Below are positions 55,243 through 64,000 of a stretch of 64,000 bases of DNA, one piece after another. The stretch is from the NCBI RefSeq assembly GCF_009914755.1, contig NC_060926.1. One strand, given 5' to 3'. This stretch comes from the human T2T-CHM13v2.0 reference genome, Homo sapiens. Each line of letters begins with the position of its first letter. The stretch's first letter is position 1. Made by a program: the position numbers and the translations under genes. The notes under the pieces are model-generated. The model was not told where the DNA came from, did no database searches, and worked only from the letters and a program-made list of their open reading frames with translations.

Positions 55243-55538
55243 GGTCAGGCGTGGTGGTTCACACCTGTAATCCCAGCACTTTGGGAGGCCAAGGTAGGTG
55301 GATGACGAGGTCAGGAGATTGAGACCATCCTGGCTAACATGGTGAAACCCCGTCTCTACTAAAAATACAAAAAATTAGCTGGGCGTGGTGGTGGGTGCCT
55401 GTAGTCCCAGCTACTTGGGAGGCTGAGGCAGGAGAATGGTGTGAACCCTGGGAGGTGGATCTTGCAGTGAGCTGACATCATGCCACTGCACTCCAGCTTG
55501 GTTGACAGAGCAAGACTCTGTCTCAAAAAAAAAAAAAA
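55243..55538 (+). mobile_element. AluY (left member of the cassette)
   Basis: ACCATCCTGGCTAACA, GGAGAATGG and an A14 tail. Preceded by AAGAAACTCACTCAA (55228-55242). Confidence 0.96.
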
Positions 55539-56602
55539 TGTATATAACTAGAAAGAGCCCAGTTTCATGCACAAACCCACACACACATACATATATCTAA
55601 AATATTACTGGGGATTTTTTTCAACTGAAGAACTGATAAAAAATACTTTAAGTAAATTAAATGTATTTTGTATACTGTTGATCAACAAATTGTAATCTAT
55701 AAATCTATAGCACTGAAGTCTATAACATGTTATTTATAATGATATTAACCCTTTAATGTTTGTTTACTGGCTTTAATATCTAGCCAGTAAACATGTTCTA
55801 TATTCTGGACCAGTCTAGGTTATTCCTCTTATAGTTCATATTTTGCAGACACTCTTGTGTGAGTCTTTAATTTTATTGTGTCATTCTTTCAATATTGTTC
55901 ACCTCTTTTGTTAGGTCATTCATTACTACTATCTGCTAATGTGTTTTTTCTTTTTAGAATGTGCATCTTTAAATGATTAAAGCTCAATGGAAGATCTAAG
56001 GAGTTATGTGAACATTAAGAGTGATTTGTTTTCTCCAATGATGTCTTCAATAGATCTCACCTACCTGCTTTATTCATTTTTCTGATATGATGTGTGTATA
56101 TTTGCCTTGGGGTATTTTTAGCTGTGTGCTTATATATAGTGATGGTGTATTCTCTTGCAGGTCTGGAGAGGAGGGGAACAGGATAGGGTCATTCCAAATG
56201 TCTTTTAATGGAAACAATCTCTTACACCGTTCAAGAATGAAATCAAAGGTGCAAAGCAACACAGCACATCCTCTATCCTCATTGTCCTTCTTCAACTAAT
56301 CTCAATATAAGCAGGCACCAAACATAGTAAACAGCATTGCTTTTAATTAGTAGTTTCTAGGGTGCAAAACAGTTAGGATACAAGTATAACTGGTAGACTT
56401 GTACTATTTCTGAGCTTCTAATGACTGTAACATGACAATTTTAACTAATATGGGATTCTTTGGAAAAAGAGGCAATAGGATAACCTGAAATAATCAAATT
56501 AATGTGTTTACAATGAGTATATATAAGTAAAACACTATAAAATAGACATATTTATAAAATAACATATTTATGAAAATAATGTAATAGACATCCAGATACT
56601 TT
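55539..56602 (-). other. Captured non-repeat genomic DNA (inverted copy of 21779-22423 plus ~400 bp not seen elsewhere in the window)
   Basis: 55566-56202 is the reverse complement of 21779-22423. 55539-55565 is a 27-bp filler. I found no counterpart for 56203-56602. Confidence 0.93.
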
Positions 56603-56891
56603 CGGTGGCTCAAGCCTGTAATCCCAGCACTTTGGAAGGCCAAGGCAGGCAGATCACGAGGTCAGGAGATTGAGACCATCCTGGCTAACACGGTGAAACC
56701 CCATCTCTACTAAAAATACAAAAAATTAGCCAGGCTTGGTGGTGGGTGCCTGTAGTCCCAGCTACTCTGGAGGCTGAGGCAGGAGAATGTCATGAACCCA
56801 GGAGGTGGAGCTTGCAGTGAGCCAAGATTGCACCACTGCACTCCAGCCTGGGTGATAGAGTGAGACTCTGTCTCAAAAAAAAAAAAAAAAA
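56603..56891 (+). mobile_element. AluY (right member of the cassette), lacking the first ~9 nt
   Basis: Starts CGGTGGCTC, has Y diagnostics, and its A-tail is followed by AAGAAACTCACTGAA (56892-56906). Confidence 0.96.
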
Positions 56892-58354
56892 AAGAAACTC
56901 ACTGAAAGCCACACAGCTACATGGAAACTGAACCACCTGCTCCTGAGTGACTACAGGGTAAATAACGAAATTAAGGCAGAAATAAAGAAGTTTTTTGAAA
57001 CCGATGAGAACAAAGACACCACTTACCAGAATCTCTACGACACAGCTAAAGCAATGTTAAGAGGAAAATTTATAGCCATAAATGCCCACATCAGAAAGCT
57101 TGAAAGATCTGAAATCAATACCCGAACATCACAATTAAAAGAACTGGAGAAGCAAGAGCAAACAAATTCAAAAGCTAGAAGACTACAAGAAGTAACTAAG
57201 ATCAGAGCAGAACTGAAGGAGATGGAGACACAAAAAATCCTTCAAAATATCAGTGAATCCAGAATCCGGTTTTTCGGAAAGATTAACAAACTAGATAGAC
57301 CACTAGCTAGACTAATAAAGAAGAAAAGAGCATAGAATTAAAACACAATAAAAAGTGATAAAGAGGAGATCACCACTAATCCCACAGAAATACAAACTAC
57401 CATCAGAGAATAATATAAACACCTTTATCAAATAAACTAGAAAATCTAGAAGAAATAGGTAAATTCCTGAATACATACACTCTCCCAAGTCAAATCCCCA
57501 AATAGATCAATAACAAGTTTTGAAATTGAGGCAGTAATTAATATCCTACCAACCAAAAAAAAAAAAAAAAAAAAAAAACCCAGGACCAGACGGATTCAAT
57601 TGAATTCTCCCAGACGGATTCACAGTCGAATTCACCAGACATACAAAAAGGAGCAGGTACCATTCCTTCTAAAACTATTCCAAACAATAAAAAAAAAAGA
57701 CTTCTCTCTAACTCATTTTATGAGGCCAGCATCATCCTGATACCAAAATCTGGCAGAAACACAACACAACAAAAAAAAGAAAATTGCAAAAATACTCAAT
57801 AAAATACTGGTACACCAAATCCAGCAGTATATCAAAAAGCTTATCCACCACAATCAAGTCAGCTTCATCCCTGATTCAACATATGCAAATCAATAAACAT
57901 AATCCATCACATAAACAGTACCAATGACAAAAACCATATGATTATCTCAATAAATGCAGAAAAGGCCTTCGATAAAATTTAACAGCCCTTCATGCTGAAA
58001 ACTTTCAATAAACTAGGTATTGATGGAATGTATCTCAAAATAATAAGACCTATTTATGACAAATTCATAGCCAATATCATAATGAACGGGCAAAACCTAG
58101 AAGCATTCCCTTTGAAAACTAGCACAAGACAAGGATGGCCTCTCTCACCACTCCTATTCAACATAGTATTGGAAGTTCTGGCCAGGGCAATCAGGCAAGA
58201 GAAAGAAATAAAGGATATCCAAATAGGAAGAGAGGAAGTCAAATTGTCTGTTTGTAGATGACATGACTGTATATTTAGAAAGCCCCATCATCTCAGCCCA
58301 AAACCTCCTTAAGCAGATAAGCAACTTCAGATAATCTATTTTTAAAAAATATTT

Positions 58355-58465
58355 CCACCTTTATTAATGATCTTGGCTAGATCTTCTAAATAACTTCTGC
58401 AGCTTTTACATCAGCATTTGCTGCTTCACTTTGCACTTTTTTCCCCTGAATAGTATAGTATTGTG

Positions 58466-58496
<31 letters not shown>

Positions 58497-59457
58497 GCAT
58501 CACATTTTCTTTACTCATTCGTCTGTTGATGAACACTTAATTTTATTTTATTTTTTATTTTTATTATACTTTAAGTTCTGGGGTACATGTCACTTTGCAC
58601 TTTTATGTTATGGATATAGCATCTTTTCTTAAACCACATGAACTAACTGCTGTCTTCAAACATTTCTTTTATAGCTTCCTCACCTCTCTCTGCATTCATA
58701 GAATTGGAGAGAGTTAGGACCTGGCTCTTGGTTAGGCTTTGGTTTAAGGAATGTTGGAGCTGGTTTGATCTTCTATCCAGACCACTAAAACTTTCTTCAT
58801 ATTAGCAATAATGCTTGTTCATTTTCTTATTGTGTGTTTACTGGAATAGCAGATTTAATTTCCTTCAATACCTTTTCCTTTGCATTCACAACTTGGCTAA
58901 CTGGCACAAAAGTCCTACCTTTCAGCCTATCTCAGGTTTTGACATATTTTCCTCACTGAGCTTAATTATTTCTAACTTTTGACTGAAAATGAGAGACATA
59001 CAACGATTCCATTTACTTGAAAATGCAAAGACCTTTAGGGGTAAATTAATTTCTATATTTTTGTGTCTTGGGAAACAGGGAGGCCCAAGGAGAAGAAGAA
59101 AGATGGCGGAACAGTTGGTCCATGTAGCAGTGAGAACACACACAGAATTTTATTAGCTACTTTTGCCATTTTACATGGTGATAGTTCATGGAGACACAAA
59201 GCAATTACAATAGTAGCTTCAAAGATCACTGATTACAGGTCACCAAACTGATATAATAATAATGAAAATATTTGAAATATTGCAAGAAAAACCAAAATGT
59301 AACACAAACACATGAAGTGAGCACATGCTGTTGGAAAGAGATATGAACTCAGGGTTACTACACCCCTTCAATTTGTACAAAACACAATGTTTGTCAGGCA
59401 TAATAAAGCAAAGCATGAGGTATGAAATGAAAATGAAAATGAAATGAGGTATGCCTG
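58355..59457 (-). mobile_element. Tigger1 (TcMar) DNA transposon, 5' portion
   Basis: Ends GAGGTATGCCTG followed by TA (reverse complement CAGGCATACCTC TIR). Transposase N-terminal remnant QKLEIIKLSEENMSKPEIG. Confidence 0.92.
58441..58589 (-). mobile_element. Very short L1PA 3' end with putative 3'-transduced sequence
   Basis: 15-bp TSD TCACTTTGCACTTTT at 58426-58440 and 58590-58604. Contains the L1PA terminus CATGTACCCCAGAACTTAAAGTATAATAAAA in antisense plus ~100 bp of older L1 sequence. Confidence 0.8.
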
Positions 59458-59459
59458 TA

Positions 59460-62310
59460 CTTATATCTGTTATTTTACTTTTTGTTTCCCATTTGTCTAA
59501 TATCATTTTATTCATGTATTTCTCCTCACTGTTTCCTTTTGATTGAGTATATATATTCTATTATGCCCTTTAACTTGTTTAATAATTTCTTTATTATTTT
59601 TCGAGTTATAATTTAATGATTTCTCTAGGATTTGTCAAATGCATCTGAACTTATCAGAATTAACTTCATATTAATACTTGTCAAATTCCAGTGAAATAGA
59701 GAAATATTATCCTTACATAACTATTTCTTTTTCTCCTTTTAGTGATATTATTATTATCCATATTATACCTATCACTATTACGAATTTAACAATACATTCT
59801 TATGCTTATGACTTTACCATTTGTAGTCATTTCCTCATCCAAATATAGCATTGCTCCCTTTCAACCTCTTTTGTGCAGTTCTGTTTGATATGTTATATGG
59901 CCCAAAAATACATTGGATGCATATTGTTTTATACAATTCATTTTTAAACTAGTTAAGAAAAGAAAGGAGAAACAAATTCCTTAATATTTTTTAAATAATT
60001 ACCTTTGCCAGTGCTCTTCATTTGTTCATGTGCATTGCAATTATTTTCTTGTCTCACTTGTTTTCAGCTTGAATAACTTTCTTTAGTACTTCATGTGTGA
60101 TATGTCTGTTAGCAATCAATTCTCTCAGTTCTTGTTTTTCTGGGAAAATATTTATTTCTCTTTCATTTTTGAAATATACCTTTGATGGATTAATGATTCC
60201 TGGTGGACAGTTTTTTTCTTGAGCACTTTAATATGTTATCTCACTCCTACTGGCCTCTACTATTTGAGCTTGGAATTAGCTATTAATAGTATTGATGTTC
60301 TTCTCTAAGTGATATGCCATTTTTCCTCCTGTTGCTTTGAAAATTTTTTTCCTTGTCTTTGATTTTTCGTATTTTACTATGAAGCATCTCTCTATGAATC
60401 TTTTTGTATCTGTCCTAATTGGAGTTCACAGAGTTTCCTGAATATATGTTATTATTTTTTAATAAATTCAGTAAATTTTTAGCCATATAGTTTTCATTTT
60501 TTTCTATTTTATTTCTCTCTTCCTGCTGTGCTCTATATGCAAATGTATAGTTCAGTTAATAGTGTTACACATTTCATTGAGTTTCTGTTCATTTTTATTT
60601 ATTTTTTCTACTCTGTTCCTCAACTCACATAATATCCATAATCTATATCAATGTATCTTTGATTTGCTAATTATTTCTTTTTTTGCCACTTCAAATATAC
60701 TGCTGATACTTTCTAGCAATGCTTTTATTTTTTAATTCTAGTGATTGTACTTTTCAGCTCCAAAATTAGTATTTTATTCCCTTTACATTTTATTATTGCT
60801 GACATTCTTTACTTCTGTAACATTTCCATCATACATTTATTTAATTCTTTATTTATGATTTCCTTTAATTATATAACAATGCATATCATTGTTCCTTTGT
60901 ATTCTTTTTTTTCTATAGAATATGGCACGTGGTCACTCTGAGAGGCAATTGAAGTTGTCTACTTTTTTTTTTAACCAGTGTATACATCATATTTTCTTGT
61001 TTCTTTCCTTGCTTTATACTATTTTATTTGAAACTGGACATATGTAACAATGTATTGTAACAACCCCAGATATTGCCTTTGACCCCAGGAACTGGTTGTT
61101 TATTCTATTGCTTATTGACTAGATGGTTTATTTTAGTAAAGTCTATCACTCCCCAGTAAACCTTTGATATTGCTCCTCAAGGAGGTGCAACTTTTTGGTT
61201 GTTCTGAGATGACAGTAGTATTAAAAGAACTCTCTTCATCTCTTTTGCTAATTGCACCACTCATTGTTGGCTAATTGTCTCTTATTTTTAACAGCTCCGT
61301 GTGACACAAATTGAACTTCAAACTAATTCAATAAAATTAAATGTGATTTATTCAGCGGAATAGTTGATTTCAGTATTTGATATTTTTATTTACCTTATTG
61401 AGGAGAAAGATCCTCCACTTTTCCTATTATCTCAATCTCTCCTGAAAACTATTCATTTTTCTTCTGAAAACTAGTATAGGCCATGATATTATTAAATACG
61501 CAAATCCCCTCTGAATGATCTTTCACCACAACCTCCACTACTCTTGAGAGTGTCCTTAGACTTGAACTTTCCTATTTTCTGTTGTAAATAAAGTCAGTTT
61601 TTTTCTTTACTTAAGTGCTTGAGAAGTATTTATTTTACCATCTGCTTATTTTCTTAGACAAAAGTCCGTGAGCTAGAGCTCTAAAGCTGGAGGTAGGGCA
61701 ACAAAAATCTTCTCTGTTAGTAACACCTTCTCTCCAGGACCCCAGTAATTAGTGGTAGGGAAGTGGCAAGTTGAGATCCTCTGGGCCTTTTGTCCTGCCA
61801 TGAAACCACTGTGTCATGGTCAAGGAAAGCGTTATCTGGGCTGCAGTTTTCTCAATATGCCACAATCACATAGAACCTCAGTTCCAAAAATGGGAATAGA
61901 TAGAAGAAGGAAACTCCTACCTCTTGACCACACAAATTCCAAAGTCTTATACTCAAAACCAAGTAACTTGAGATACAATAGAAAGCCAAACTCTTTTACC
62001 TTCCAGAGCAAAACCCCTCTGACTGGGAGCTGGGACAGAGGGACTCCTGTGTTTATATATGCTAAAGCCTAAAAAGAAGTTGTCATCTTGCTCATCTGGG
62101 AGGTTGGGGCATGGAAGGTTCTTGACTAAAATACCACAGACTGAGTTTTCTTAGCAAATTATTATAGATTATCTTGAACAGATATTTCTTCATTAACTGT
62201 GGGCCTTCAGAACAATTGCCAGAGATTTTTAACTGATTTTCTTTAAATAATTTTTATCAATTTCACTGGGAAGCAGGTCAGTGGAGCTTCTCATGATTTC
62301 ATGTTCAAAT
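59460..62310 (-). mobile_element. Old L1M (L1MC/ME-like) ORF1 and 5' region
   Basis: T-rich antisense L1 motifs (TGTTAGCAATCAATTCTCTCAG, CTACTGGCCTCT, AAATACCACAGACT) and a 5'-end-like sequence near 62.3 kb. Confidence 0.65.
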
Positions 62311-62319
62311 AACTCTCCA

Positions 62320-64000
<1,681 letters not shown>

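Larger units (their letters stand above)
52134..58330 (+). mobile_element. L1PA7/8-like LINE-1 with 5'UTR, dead ORF1 (ATG 53425) and dead ORF2 (ATG 54512), truncated within RT; hosts the Alu-insert-Alu cassette
   Basis: 5' end ATGGCCAAGTAGGAACAGCTCC. ORF2 remnants DLTDIYRTLYPKSTEYTFFSAPH and [29 protein letters not shown]. Multiple stops; no 3'UTR. Confidence 0.95.

Noticed and set aside
55539-55565. Filler resembling L1 ORF2 TGTATATTTAGAAAGCCCC at about 58268
   Set aside because: The match is short and gapped and could be chance; the origin of the filler is left unassigned.
53425-58330. L1 ORF1/ORF2 as functional CDS
   Set aside because: Multiple stops and frameshifts, an inserted Alu cassette and loss of the 3' end make it retrotransposition-incompetent.

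Overview
This is AT-rich, CpG-depleted primate (human-like) non-coding genomic DNA, either intergenic or deep intronic, and most of it is interspersed repeat. It holds several decayed LINE-1 elements (L1PA2/3, L1PA8, L1PA15/16, L1PB, L1MA, L1MB, L1MC/ME), about 13 Alus, ERVL/MaLR/ERV1 LTR elements including a full two-LTR THE1, Tigger1 and MER33 DNA transposons, and two AT-rich palindromic satellites. I cannot support any protein-coding gene, RNA gene or CRISPR array, and I see no new gene system. Subfamily names come from recalled consensus sequences, not from a RepeatMasker run. The interest lies in genome-repair and retrotransposition scars. The main one is an AluY-1.06 kb-AluY cassette (55243-56891) bounded by a single target-site duplication (TSD). 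It carries an inverted copy of unique DNA from 34 kb away (21779-22423) plus about 400 bp that appears deleted from that donor site. Others are two short inverted templated insertions, a tiny L1 3'-transduction-like insert, a tail-only insertion with an 18-bp TSD, two twin-priming L1 inversions, and chimeric Alu and L1 elements.
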